DNA of 64,000 bases, from assembly GCA_964589975.1 (NCBI GenBank), contig CAZPVH010000002.1, forward strand, positions 68,217-132,216, given 5' to 3'. The translations under genes were made by a program, and so were the position numbers. Numbering within the stretch: the first letter of the stretch is position 1; each line of letters starts with the position of its first letter. This stretch comes from an uncultured Candidatus Saccharibacteria bacterium. Lineage in GTDB: Bacteria > Patescibacteriota > Minisyncoccia > Phycocordibacterales > CSBR16-119. A model generated the notes under the pieces. The model ran no database searches, was not told the origin of the DNA, and saw nothing but the letters and a program-made list of their open reading frames with translations. Shown piece by piece: positions 1 through 8,282 of this stretch.

Positions 1-49
1 TGTGGCTCTGCTATAATAAAAGTCTCATTAGAAAATAAGCACATTAACT

Positions 50-826
50 ATGTCTACAACAGACCTACTCAAAACTCTTCGCGATGAAACCGGCATCTCA
101 GTCATGCAGTGCAAGAAAGCACTCGACGAAGCCGGGGGCGATATGGAAAAGGCGCGCATGATCCTAAAAAAGAAGTCCGGAGACGCAGCGGCCAAGAAAG
201 CTGACCGAGAACTCGGCGCGGGACTTGTCGTCACCACCGAAGAAAACGGAAAAACTGTCATGCTCTCACTTCTATGCGAAACTGACTTCGTGGCAAAGAA
301 CGAGGACTTCGTAAAACTTGCTAAAGCGCTGGCCGGGAAAGCAGCTGAAGGAGGAAAAGAGGCGGCTGAAGCGGCCTCGACGGAAATGCTCGGCGAGGCC
401 ATCCAGAAGCTTGGCGAGAACATCAAGCTTGGTACCGTGCTCGTTTCTGACTCCCCTAACGCCGCGGCTTACAACCACAATGGTCAGTACGCGGCTGTCG
501 TTGTGCTGAAAGAAAAGAACCCTGAACTCGCTCGAGATATCGCCATGCACGCAACAGCCATGCGACCAGGCTTCCTCTCTGAAGCTGATATTTCTGAAGA
601 AGCTAAGACGAAGGCAAAGGAGGTCTTCCAGAAGGAAGTGGACGCACAGTCGGGAGATAAGCCGGAAGACATGAAAGCAAAAATCCTAGAGGGCAAAGTA
701 AATGCTTATTTCAAGGAACAAATCCTAGGAAAGCAGATGTTCATCAAGGATCCATCAAAAACGATCGATCAGCTTGTAAAAGAAGCAAATAATGAAATCG
801 TATCGTTTCAGATTGAAACAATCTAA
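50..826 (+). CDS. tsf: Translation elongation factor Ts
   Basis: N-terminal LKTLRDETGISVMQCKKAL, CETDFVAKN motif, DIAMH and Q-FIKD C-terminal motifs; extended -10 TGC-TATAAT at 9-17. Confidence 0.97.
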   Translation: MSTTDLLKTLRDETGISVMQCKKALDEAGGDMEKARMILKKKSGDAAAKKADRELGAGLVVTTEENGKTVMLSLLCETDFVAKNEDFVKLAKALAGKAAEGGKEAAEAASTEMLGEAIQKLGENIKLGTVLVSDSPNAAAYNHNGQYAAVVVLKEKNPELARDIAMHATAMRPGFLSEADISEEAKTKAKEVFQKEVDAQSGDKPEDMKAKILEGKVNAYFKEQILGKQMFIKDPSKTIDQLVKEANNEIVSFQIETI

Positions 827-829
827 ACC

Positions 830-1327
830 ATGTTCGATATCTCGATAATTATCTTCACCGTTTCCCTTCTCGCCATAGTGATCCTTTTCGCCGTTCAGGC
901 GGGAAGGATCGGCGACCGGGAATATCCATCAAAGGATCTTTCATACGAGAATTTCTATAAGCTCCGCCGCAGGACTTATGAATTCTTTCAGTTTGTGATC
1001 CATTCGCTCGCGATTATATTATCTAAGTCATGGGCGCGCGTAACGCACTTTATCTCCTCAATCTTCCACAAAGGCGTGAAGCGCATAGACAGGGAGCTTC
1101 AAAAGCACGAGAAACGAAGCGCAGAAGGCATTGCTAAGCAGTCGGTCTTCATTACGACCGTGAAGGCTTACAAGCATGAGCTCAAAAAACTCAAAGGCAA
1201 AGTAGAGGAAGAATTGCCAAGGCCGCGAACCGAGAATCCCCGAAAACAAGAAGTTGACTTTAAACAGCCAGAAAGTAATATAGAGGAACCTTTGGAAGAA
1301 ATTCCGAATGAAGACGAATCAAAGTAG
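830..1327 (+). CDS. Hypothetical membrane-anchored protein
   Basis: ATG 3 nt after the tsf stop; N-terminal hydrophobic helix; charged tail. Confidence 0.75.
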   Translation: MFDISIIIFTVSLLAIVILFAVQAGRIGDREYPSKDLSYENFYKLRRRTYEFFQFVIHSLAIILSKSWARVTHFISSIFHKGVKRIDRELQKHEKRSAEGIAKQSVFITTVKAYKHELKKLKGKVEEELPRPRTENPRKQEVDFKQPESNIEEPLEEIPNEDESK

Positions 1328-1334
1328 AAGCAGC

Positions 1335-1406
1335 GCCGGAGTAGCTCAATGGTAGAGCAACTGTTTTGTAAACAGTAGGTTGGAGGTTCGAGTCCTCTCT
1401 CCGGCT
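1335..1406 (+). tRNA. tRNA-Thr(UGU), CCA not encoded
   Basis: GCCGGAG/CTCCGGC acceptor stem, D arm GCTC-AATGGTA-GAGC, anticodon arm ACTGT-TTTGTAA-ACAGT, T arm GGAGG-TTCGAGT-CCTCT. Confidence 0.97.
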
Positions 1407-1416
1407 CAGATAAATC

Positions 1417-1444
1417 AAAAGGCGCCTCGTAAGAGGCGCCTTTT
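1417..1444. terminator. Bidirectional intrinsic terminator
   Basis: AAAA-GGCGCCTC-GTAA-GAGGCGCC-TTTT between the convergent tRNA and HAD gene. Confidence 0.85.
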
Positions 1445-1446
1445 GA

Positions 1447-1803
1447 TTATTTAATCCCCTTCCAGCTTTTCTTAAAAAGAGTTGATTTGACCTTATGATT
1501 ATCAATCCAGTGATAATGTCCGCCGCGCGGCTTATCCATGAGGAGCGCGTGGTATTTGAATCCATATTTCTTGAGCCAGTCAGCCGTGATCTTCCGGTGC
1601 TCTTTTGATGTCCTGGACGTGAAGAACGTGACGATATGCCCCGAATCATAAATCCGGTTCACTCCTTCGCGCGCGCCGGGATATGGCCGGCACGTCTTCA
1701 TCCTCTCCGGCTCTTCGTTCGGAACATCTGGGCAAATAGTGCCGTCAATATCAATAAGATAATTTTGTTTTCCTTTCGGAAGTACGGGACTCTTCTTTGG
1801 CAT
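1447..1803 (-). CDS. Small HAD-superfamily phosphatase-like protein (family often annotated as phosphoheptose isomerase)
   Basis: DIDGT motif I, FFTSR motif II, KP...WIDN motifs III/IV. Confidence 0.85.
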   Translation of the reverse strand: MPKKSPVLPKGKQNYLIDIDGTICPDVPNEEPERMKTCRPYPGAREGVNRIYDSGHIVTFFTSRTSKEHRKITADWLKKYGFKYHALLMDKPRGGHYHWIDNHKVKSTLFKKSWKGIK

Positions 1804-1805
1804 GG

Positions 1806-2543
1806 TTATTGAGCGCTAGTGGCTGTGGAAGGCTTCTTCACAGACTCTGTAGTATCAGCCGCTTTCAATTCAGCGCTTTCTTCGGCGACAATAAATACAT
1901 CTGGCACGATGGCCTGGATGTCTTCAAACTGTTGGAGACCGTAGTAGACTTCCCCATTGATAACAAGAGCTGGCAACCGCTCAGGCTCTTTGACCTTGTA
2001 AATAGTAATAAGGGCTTTCAGGGCTGAGAGGTCCAGATTATAGTCGAAAGCGTAAACGCGAACGTCCGGATAATCTTGGCGGATATCTGTCAGGATGTAG
2101 CCCTGCTTTTCACAATCCTCACAATCAATCTTGTTCGAGTAGAAATAAATGATGTTTGTCGTTTTGAGGCCGCATTTATCTTCGGCCTTCTTCATCAAGA
2201 GATAGTCTTTAATCTGAAGCAAAGAATAATATTTCCTGAGACTTGCGCGCTCTTCGTCCGAACCAAGCTCTTGGTTTTCAGAAAACTCTATCTTCGCCGC
2301 CAAGTCGTTAAGCTCCTGAGAGAGGATGCTGTCGTTTACATTTCCGCAAGAAAGCTCCTCAAGGAGATCAAACTGTGTCTCTGATGAGAGAATATCGATC
2401 GCGATAGTATTCTCGATATTCCTGATCTCTTTAATCTTTTTATTGCTAAAAAAATTTGACAGATAAAAGGCCGTCAGAAAAAGAAATGCCGTTATGACGA
2501 AAGCTATTATGTATTTTACCCCTTCGCTTCTGTTATTATTCAT
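1806..2543 (-). CDS. Membrane-anchored thioredoxin-fold protein
   Basis: N-terminal TM helix, YFYS...CEDC CxxC motif, LPALVING cis-Pro loop. Confidence 0.8.
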   Translation of the reverse strand: MNNNRSEGVKYIIAFVITAFLFLTAFYLSNFFSNKKIKEIRNIENTIAIDILSSETQFDLLEELSCGNVNDSILSQELNDLAAKIEFSENQELGSDEERASLRKYYSLLQIKDYLLMKKAEDKCGLKTTNIIYFYSNKIDCEDCEKQGYILTDIRQDYPDVRVYAFDYNLDLSALKALITIYKVKEPERLPALVINGEVYYGLQQFEDIQAIVPDVFIVAEESAELKAADTTESVKKPSTATSAQ

Positions 2544-2655
2544 CCCGTTAAAGATAGCAAATTATTAATTTGCATATCATTATTATTTCAGTATTTTTAA
2601 AAACTTATTCCCCCTTCCCGCAAAGTTATAGCATTAACCGAACATCTCTAACGGG
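2544..2655. mobile_element. 112-bp MITE-like element, copy 1, with terminal inverted repeats and flanking 6-bp direct repeat ATTCAT
   Basis: CCCGTTAAAGAT...ATCTCTAACGGG; ATTCAT at 2538-2543 and 2656-2661; internal hairpin GCAAATT-ATT-AATTTGC. Confidence 0.75.
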
Positions 2656-2673
2656 ATTCATAGGAATTCTGCG

Positions 2674-3939
2674 TTAGCGCCAGCTTACAGCCTTGCGGGA
2701 AATCATGGAATTATACATGGCCCGGAGGATCCAGAACGGCGCGATAACACTGAAGATGAGCATAAACGGAATCAGATAATAGTCAATACCTCCCTTGCCG
2801 GTCGCCATTTTGCGTCCTAGAGAGATAGAGACAATCAGGAGCGAGTACATCATGACCATGATGAACAGGTGTCCGCCAGTTGCAAAGAAGAATGGATCGA
2901 CATTTAGGCCGAAATTGAAATCAAGTCCTGTCATGGAGAGCCTTTCAATATTTTTCGACGCGGCCATGGCGGTGTTGTAGACGAAGAGCGACAAAATATA
3001 CGGGACGGCAATCATGGAAATGACACCCGCCGGCACAGAGAAGACAGAAAAAGTTCCGTATTTTCTCTTGAACAAAATTTTTCTATAATCCCAGCAATTC
3101 ATGATGAAGCCGTAGATCCATCGGAGACGCTGCTTGTAGAGTTTCTTGACCGTATTCGGCGCAGTAGTGTAAACGAAGGCGTCATTGCACTGATCGATCT
3201 TCATATGATTCGACTGCATACGGAATGCGATCTCCATATCTTCGGTATTGTGCGCTTTCACATAGTTTCCGATCCTTTCGAAGACTTCACGGCGATAAAA
3301 AGAGAACGGCCCAGGGGTAACATATATGCCGCCCAGGAATCCGAGCATTTTTTTATTGAAAACAGCCCACTCATATTCGACTCGCTGCACGATCTGCATG
3401 ATACCTTTCGGCTTGTTAACAATAATTGATGGGGAAACAGCCATAGTCTCAGGGTCATTTTCAAAATAAGACATGATGCGCTTCAGAGCCTGCGGGTGCA
3501 CGAATGAGTCTGCGTCTAGGCAGCCAATAAATCTGGACGTCGAGTTAGCAATACCATAGTTTACAGCCGTATGCTTGCCGCCATTTTCTTTTTGGAGGAC
3601 CTTGATCCCGCGCATGCCTTCGTAAGACTTCATCACATCCCATGTGTTGTCTGTCGAGCCATCATCAACGAGAAAAATATTGAGTTTGTCTTCCGGGTAA
3701 TCAAGCGCGAAGAGGGACTCCACAGTACCCTGGAGGGTATGCTGCTCATTCCAAGCCGGAACAATGATGGTAACCTCCGGATAGCTCTTTAGCTCAATAT
3801 GACCATTTCGGATCTTTATTTCCTTTCGCTTCTCAAGGAAGGTCAGCAGAAAAACGACCTGAACATAGGTCGACAAAAAGGCCAAAGAATAAAGGATTAT
3901 TGAGGATAACTGGTGCATCTGGTACCCAAAATATAGCAT
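2674..3939 (-). CDS. Processive GT2 glycosyltransferase (IcaA/PgaC/hyaluronan-synthase-like)
   Basis: IVPAWNE, VDDGSTD, CLDAD, TED and QRLRW (QxxRW) motifs plus TM helices; alternative start at 3918. Confidence 0.92.
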   Translation of the reverse strand: MLYFGYQMHQLSSIILYSLAFLSTYVQVVFLLTFLEKRKEIKIRNGHIELKSYPEVTIIVPAWNEQHTLQGTVESLFALDYPEDKLNIFLVDDGSTDNTWDVMKSYEGMRGIKVLQKENGGKHTAVNYGIANSTSRFIGCLDADSFVHPQALKRIMSYFENDPETMAVSPSIIVNKPKGIMQIVQRVEYEWAVFNKKMLGFLGGIYVTPGPFSFYRREVFERIGNYVKAHNTEDMEIAFRMQSNHMKIDQCNDAFVYTTAPNTVKKLYKQRLRWIYGFIMNCWDYRKILFKRKYGTFSVFSVPAGVISMIAVPYILSLFVYNTAMAASKNIERLSMTGLDFNFGLNVDPFFFATGGHLFIMVMMYSLLIVSISLGRKMATGKGGIDYYLIPFMLIFSVIAPFWILRAMYNSMISRKAVSWR

Positions 3940-3957
3940 TTTTAGACCCTTCCGGCA

Positions 3958-4063
3958 ACCCGCCCGAACGCACCAAAAGTGAATAAATTTGACCTACGCC
4001 GCGTTCGATTCGGGCGGGTCTAAAATCCCCAACCCGGCCGGGAGGCCGAATTGGGGATTTTAG
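3958..4063. other. Two adjacent GC-rich stem-loops in an intergenic region
   Basis: ACCCGCCCGAA(CGC)...(GCGTTCGA)TTCGGGCGGGT at 3958-4019 and CTAAAATCCCCAA...TTGGGGATTTTAG at 4020-4063. Confidence 0.6.
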
Positions 4064-4078
4064 GGAGTTTTAGAGGTA

Positions 4079-4330
4079 TTACATCTGCTTTGGAGCGCCG
4101 TTTGAATGGCAGCCACAAGATGAGCAAATGCCCTTGCATCCGGCGCACTTGCACCAGAAGAATTTGATAGCGGCAAGACCAACCAAGAGGTAAACGATAT
4201 GCTCAAGCGTCGGCATTGATCCGAGGATCAAGTTTACGACGTTAAGATTCGTCTTCAAGAGATATCCGAGTCCTACCAATCCCCAATTCAACGCGCCGAT
4301 AACCACCAACACCATTGCAAGTTTCTTCAT
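4079..4330 (-). CDS. DUF378-family small membrane protein with Cys-rich tail
   Basis: LVVIGALNWGLVGL...NVVNLILG...IVYLLVGLAA signature; CKCAGCKGICSSCGC tail. Confidence 0.85.
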   Translation of the reverse strand: MKKLAMVLVVIGALNWGLVGLGYLLKTNLNVVNLILGSMPTLEHIVYLLVGLAAIKFFWCKCAGCKGICSSCGCHSNGAPKQM

Positions 4331-4447
4331 AAATAGTTTTTCGCTATTAATTAATAATCTGAATCCATTATATCATGTCTAAAATTCGGTCAAGACAAAA
4401 GTTGACAAGGCGGAGCAAAAAGATAGTATTGCCTTAAAACCGACAAC

Positions 4448-5260
4448 ATGGACGAGCTTTACGGCCTTTCTTATGAAGCAAGGGGCGAGAAGCCCATCCC
4501 CACGCTCATTATCAACATCAAAAGAGCCCAAGAAGAAGAGGCGATGGAAATACTTCGGAAAGTGACTCAGCGAGAGCCAGATGAGAGACAGGTGAATTAC
4601 TTGAAGAAGAAAAAATCTCTTCCCTTCGCGCTGGAAAACGGATTCGGCCACGGCAGTTGTGGGGTCATAGAAAAGGATGATAATCATGTTCGATTCACAT
4701 TTCCACTCGCAAGGAGGAACATGCGAGAGACAGTGGTGACGATCAACACACTTATGTTCTGTCTGTCGGCACGCATTGAAGACTACTACAGCGAGCTCGT
4801 TCAAACGGATCTGCAGCTATTCACCTTCGATACTACTTACGGAGAATCGCACCACTACTCTCATGCGATCATGGGTTACCCATCACGCAGATTCAAGGAC
4901 TGGCTGGATGATTACCATACGAGCCACCCGAAGATAGTGACGCGTGATGGCCTAAAAAGGGAGATCGTTTTCTTCCCAGACTACTTCATTGAAGGCATGG
5001 CTCGGAGCTGGCACAAGCTCTCCGGCAGAAAACCTTCCCAAATGGCTATGGATGGAGTCGGTGGCTGGGTAAGGGGCGAACAGCTCTTCACATTCGTCTG
5101 TCCTGGCAATGCGGCAAGCGCCGCAATCTATCCGGGGCATGAATACCAGATAAGCAGCCACAACGTCTGGGCTCCGGAGATGCAGCTGACGCTCCTTACG
5201 GGACTATTCTGCCTCTTCGAGTTCATCCAAAAGCACCCCGACGCGAAAAGCGCCCCGTAA
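4448..5260 (+). CDS. Hypothetical protein, monocistronic unit
   Basis: 270-aa ORF; TTGACA(4402)-16-TAGTAT promoter, AAAACCGACAAC leader, hairpin at 5245-5272. Confidence 0.75.
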   Translation: MDELYGLSYEARGEKPIPTLIINIKRAQEEEAMEILRKVTQREPDERQVNYLKKKKSLPFALENGFGHGSCGVIEKDDNHVRFTFPLARRNMRETVVTINTLMFCLSARIEDYYSELVQTDLQLFTFDTTYGESHHYSHAIMGYPSRRFKDWLDDYHTSHPKIVTRDGLKREIVFFPDYFIEGMARSWHKLSGRKPSQMAMDGVGGWVRGEQLFTFVCPGNAASAAIYPGHEYQISSHNVWAPEMQLTLLTGLFCLFEFIQKHPDAKSAP

Positions 5261-5278
5261 AGGGCGCTTTTCTTTTTT
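5245..5278. terminator. Bidirectional intrinsic terminator
   Basis: GAAAAGCGCCC-CGTAAA-GGGCGCTTTTC followed by T tract. Confidence 0.8.
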
Positions 5279-5288
5279 AATATTTTTA

Positions 5289-5927
5289 TTAGTTACTACG
5301 AGGAGTTATTTGTAGAGTAACAGCATCTATCATATAAGTTTTTAGACTTAGATCGGACTCATTATTGTCATTTGCAATAGTCACATAAACCGTTGCACCA
5401 TTGCCGTAAACTTCATGTATTGATTCTTCTGGTTGTAACGTTATGAGATCCTTAATATTTTTTCCATAAAAATCCACAACCGCAATCACACCTGGCTTAT
5501 CTTCGTAGTATCTATTTACAACTAGTTTATCCGACCCCAGAAAGGCACGCACACTTAAACCATTAACATAGCCACCGTCAATCTCGGGGTATAGCTTTTT
5601 ATTTCCGTAATCTATGACTTTATACGCATGTGTTTCTTGGCTGGTAGCATACTCCAGAAGAATAAGCTTATTGTCAGGATATGATAAATTTATTCTTGGC
5701 GCCCCCATATCCCTGCTAGAAGTAAAATTATTCCATATCGCAAATATATCGTCACCGAAAGACTGATTTGAATCCGTCGAGGAGATCGTGTTGGTTACTA
5801 TGTTTTTTTGTTCAGGAGACTTATTATTCTTACCTAGATAATACCCTACCAGTAAACCCACCAACAAAACCAATATGACTAATACGGCAGACTTTAAATT
5901 GTGATTATTTTTATTTTCTGTATCCAT
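5289..5927 (-). CDS. Membrane-anchored hypothetical protein (AT-rich)
   Basis: Single N-terminal TM helix then beta-rich domain; TATAAT 6 nt before ATG. Confidence 0.75.
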   Translation of the reverse strand: MDTENKNNHNLKSAVLVILVLLVGLLVGYYLGKNNKSPEQKNIVTNTISSTDSNQSFGDDIFAIWNNFTSSRDMGAPRINLSYPDNKLILLEYATSQETHAYKVIDYGNKKLYPEIDGGYVNGLSVRAFLGSDKLVVNRYYEDKPGVIAVVDFYGKNIKDLITLQPEESIHEVYGNGATVYVTIANDNNESDLSLKTYMIDAVTLQITPRSN

Positions 5928-5976
5928 ATTTATATTATATCAACAATATTTTAATCGAAATGATTTTGTGGTCTTT

Positions 5977-6870
5977 TTACTTGAGCTTAAAACCCTCAAT
6001 AGCACTAATCGCAATTTCGTAATCTCTCAGTTCATCAACATAGTGATCATATGCTCTTGGCAAAATAAGGTCTGGGTAATTATACGTATGACTTATTGAG
6101 TATAGATACTTCTCATTTTCAAAGTAGTAAATATCTGCATATTGATAAAAACCATTACCAGCCTTTATTCTAAGTACTTGTACGTCTTCTCCGTTTATCT
6201 GTTTAGTTATTTTAAACGGACCTTCGGCTTCCGAATTTTGTATATTATTTTCTTTACGACGATCTGCCCAAAGCTTAATGATTCCATCAAGGTACGTCGA
6301 AAGATTGAAATTAGGTTCTTTCTCAATAACCGCCAAATCAATTACCGGTCTAAGAGTTGCACAGTCTGGTAAATATTTATATCCTATTATTCCCTTAAAA
6401 ACGATGCCTTCTTCGCCACCAGAATTCATCTGCTGAAAAGTTATAGGGACTTTCGTGTGTCTAGGGATATAAATATCTTCAGGATTAACAATCTTTTCTG
6501 CTCCATTTAGAGTCTCCTTATTACAACTTGTATATTCCTCACGAGTAGTTTCAAACTCTGATGGATATGAAATTATAAACCGAAGATTATCGCTTTCATA
6601 TACACCCTTGTCAGTGTTCTTAATAACAATAAGCGGGTTATTTTTACCAGCAGTAATTGCCTTTTCCCTGTCGGGATAGCTTACAATGGGAGTAGAGAAA
6701 TCACCTGAATAATTCTGCTGTGGTACATCTTCCGTCTCTGAATCTATATTAATTTGCTCCACAATATAGCTAGTCTCATTTTCTGAACGGCCAATAAGTA
6801 ATGCATAAACCGCCAAACCAAAAACTACGACTACGGACATCCATCCTATGTGTTTTCTTTTGATGTTCAT
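5977..6870 (-). CDS. Membrane-anchored hypothetical protein, possibly PsbP-like fold (AT-rich)
   Basis: N-terminal TM; YESDNLRFIISYP motif and C-terminal YYFENEKYLYSI...IEGFKL pattern; starts 3 nt after the rpoD stop. Confidence 0.7.
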   Translation of the reverse strand: MNIKRKHIGWMSVVVVFGLAVYALLIGRSENETSYIVEQINIDSETEDVPQQNYSGDFSTPIVSYPDREKAITAGKNNPLIVIKNTDKGVYESDNLRFIISYPSEFETTREEYTSCNKETLNGAEKIVNPEDIYIPRHTKVPITFQQMNSGGEEGIVFKGIIGYKYLPDCATLRPVIDLAVIEKEPNFNLSTYLDGIIKLWADRRKENNIQNSEAEGPFKITKQINGEDVQVLRIKAGNGFYQYADIYYFENEKYLYSISHTYNYPDLILPRAYDHYVDELRDYEIAISAIEGFKLK

Positions 6871-6873
6871 ATT

Positions 6874-8139
6874 TTAATCGAAGTGATTTCGAAGTCTTAT
6901 GATTTTTTCATTTTGGCGGAGTTTTTCGTGGACTTTCGCTTCAATCTGTCGAATTCGTTCGCGTGTGACGCCGAATTCATGGCCCACTTCTTCGAGTGTA
7001 TGCTGGATGCCGTCTTCGAGTCCGTAGCGCATCTCAAGGATTTTCTTTTCCTTTGGAGAAAGCTCGTTCAATACTTCCCTGATCTGATCAGAGAGAATCC
7101 GCTGCGCGGATTCCTGATCAGGTCGCATGATCTTGTCATCAGGAATGAATTCGCCGAGCGTAGATTTGTCTTCATCGTCGCCAATAGGCTTCTCGAGAGA
7201 CGCCGTTGTCTGGCTGATTTTTTCGATGATGTGAATTTTTTCTACTTCAACTCCCATCTCTGTGGCGATTTCTTCTGCAAGAGGTTCGCGCGCCAAGTCC
7301 TGGAAGAGGCGTCGGTAAACCTGCTTGTATTTCGAAATAGTTTCCACCATGTGAACTGGGATACGGATCGTTCGGGATTGGTCGGCCAAGGCACGAGTAA
7401 TAGACTGGCGGATCCACCAGGTCGCATATGTAGAGAATTTGAAGCCCTTTGACCAGTCGAATTTCTCGACAGCCTTGAAGAGGCCAAGGTTTCCTTCTTG
7501 GATGAGGTCGAGAAGTGTCAGGTCTTGGCTTCTGCCGGCGTATTTCTTGGCAATAGAAACGACGAGACGAAGGTTCGCGCGGGCGAGGAGATTTTTCGCT
7601 TCCATGTCGCCTGCTTCAATTCGCTTAGCGAGGTCTTTTTCCTGCGCCGCTTTAATAAGCGAGTACTGGCCGATTTCCTTTAGATACATCTGGATGGAGT
7701 CGCGGCTCTTCTTGTCTTTCGAATATTTCTCAGCGACTTTCTTTTCATCTGCATCCATGTCGAGAAGGTTTCCGCCCTCAATCACATCGATCGAAGACTC
7801 CATGAATTTGGCATAGAGATCATCGAGGAGAATGATGTCGTTTTCGATCGTCGGAAAATTACGAAGAATCTCATCGTACGTGATGAATCCGCGCTTCTTA
7901 CCTTTCGTCACAAGTCCCTCGATCTTTTCCCGAATCGCCTGAGCTTTTGGATTCTCTTTTGCTGGCTTCGCAGCCTTGGCAGGAGACTTTTTAACCTCTT
8001 TTACAGTCGGCTTCACAGCTTTCGCTTTTTTGAGGACCTTCTTTGGGGCTTTTTTGACGACCTTTTTAGCTGGTTTTTTAGCTTTTTTGACCGCTTTCTT
8101 TGAAACCTTCTTCGCGAGTTTTTTCTTTTTAGCTTTCAT
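6874..8139 (-). CDS. rpoD: Primary sigma factor RpoD with Lys/Ala-rich N-terminal tail
   Basis: [48 protein letters not shown]...[10 protein letters not shown]. Confidence 0.97.
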   Translation of the reverse strand: MKAKKKKLAKKVSKKAVKKAKKPAKKVVKKAPKKVLKKAKAVKPTVKEVKKSPAKAAKPAKENPKAQAIREKIEGLVTKGKKRGFITYDEILRNFPTIENDIILLDDLYAKFMESSIDVIEGGNLLDMDADEKKVAEKYSKDKKSRDSIQMYLKEIGQYSLIKAAQEKDLAKRIEAGDMEAKNLLARANLRLVVSIAKKYAGRSQDLTLLDLIQEGNLGLFKAVEKFDWSKGFKFSTYATWWIRQSITRALADQSRTIRIPVHMVETISKYKQVYRRLFQDLAREPLAEEIATEMGVEVEKIHIIEKISQTTASLEKPIGDDEDKSTLGEFIPDDKIMRPDQESAQRILSDQIREVLNELSPKEKKILEMRYGLEDGIQHTLEEVGHEFGVTRERIRQIEAKVHEKLRQNEKIIRLRNHFD

Positions 8140-8255
8140 CCCGTTAGAGATAGCGATTTTTTAAATCGCGTACCTGCATTTATTCTGATAATTTAATACC
8201 TTTTGTTGATATTCTCCCATTCCTGCCATTCCCTGGTAAAAACATCTCTAACGGG
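8140..8255. mobile_element. 116-bp MITE-like element, copy 2, abutting the rpoD start codon
   Basis: CCCGTTAGAGAT...ATCTCTAACGGG; internal hairpin GCGATTT-TTT-AAATCGC; no flanking duplication visible. Confidence 0.75.
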
Positions 8256-8282
8256 ACAGGTGCCGTTTAGTATAAGCTATTT

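Noticed and set aside
2544-2655. GTTAGAG/CTCTAAC termini read as an attC site
   Set aside because: The orientation is opposite to attC (GTT first, AAC last) and the interior does not form a continuous stem.
7960-8139. Low-complexity Lys/Ala repeats at the rpoD 5' end as a separate histone-like gene or repeat element
   Set aside because: They are in frame with RpoD; such basic tails are familiar on primary sigma factors in several lineages.
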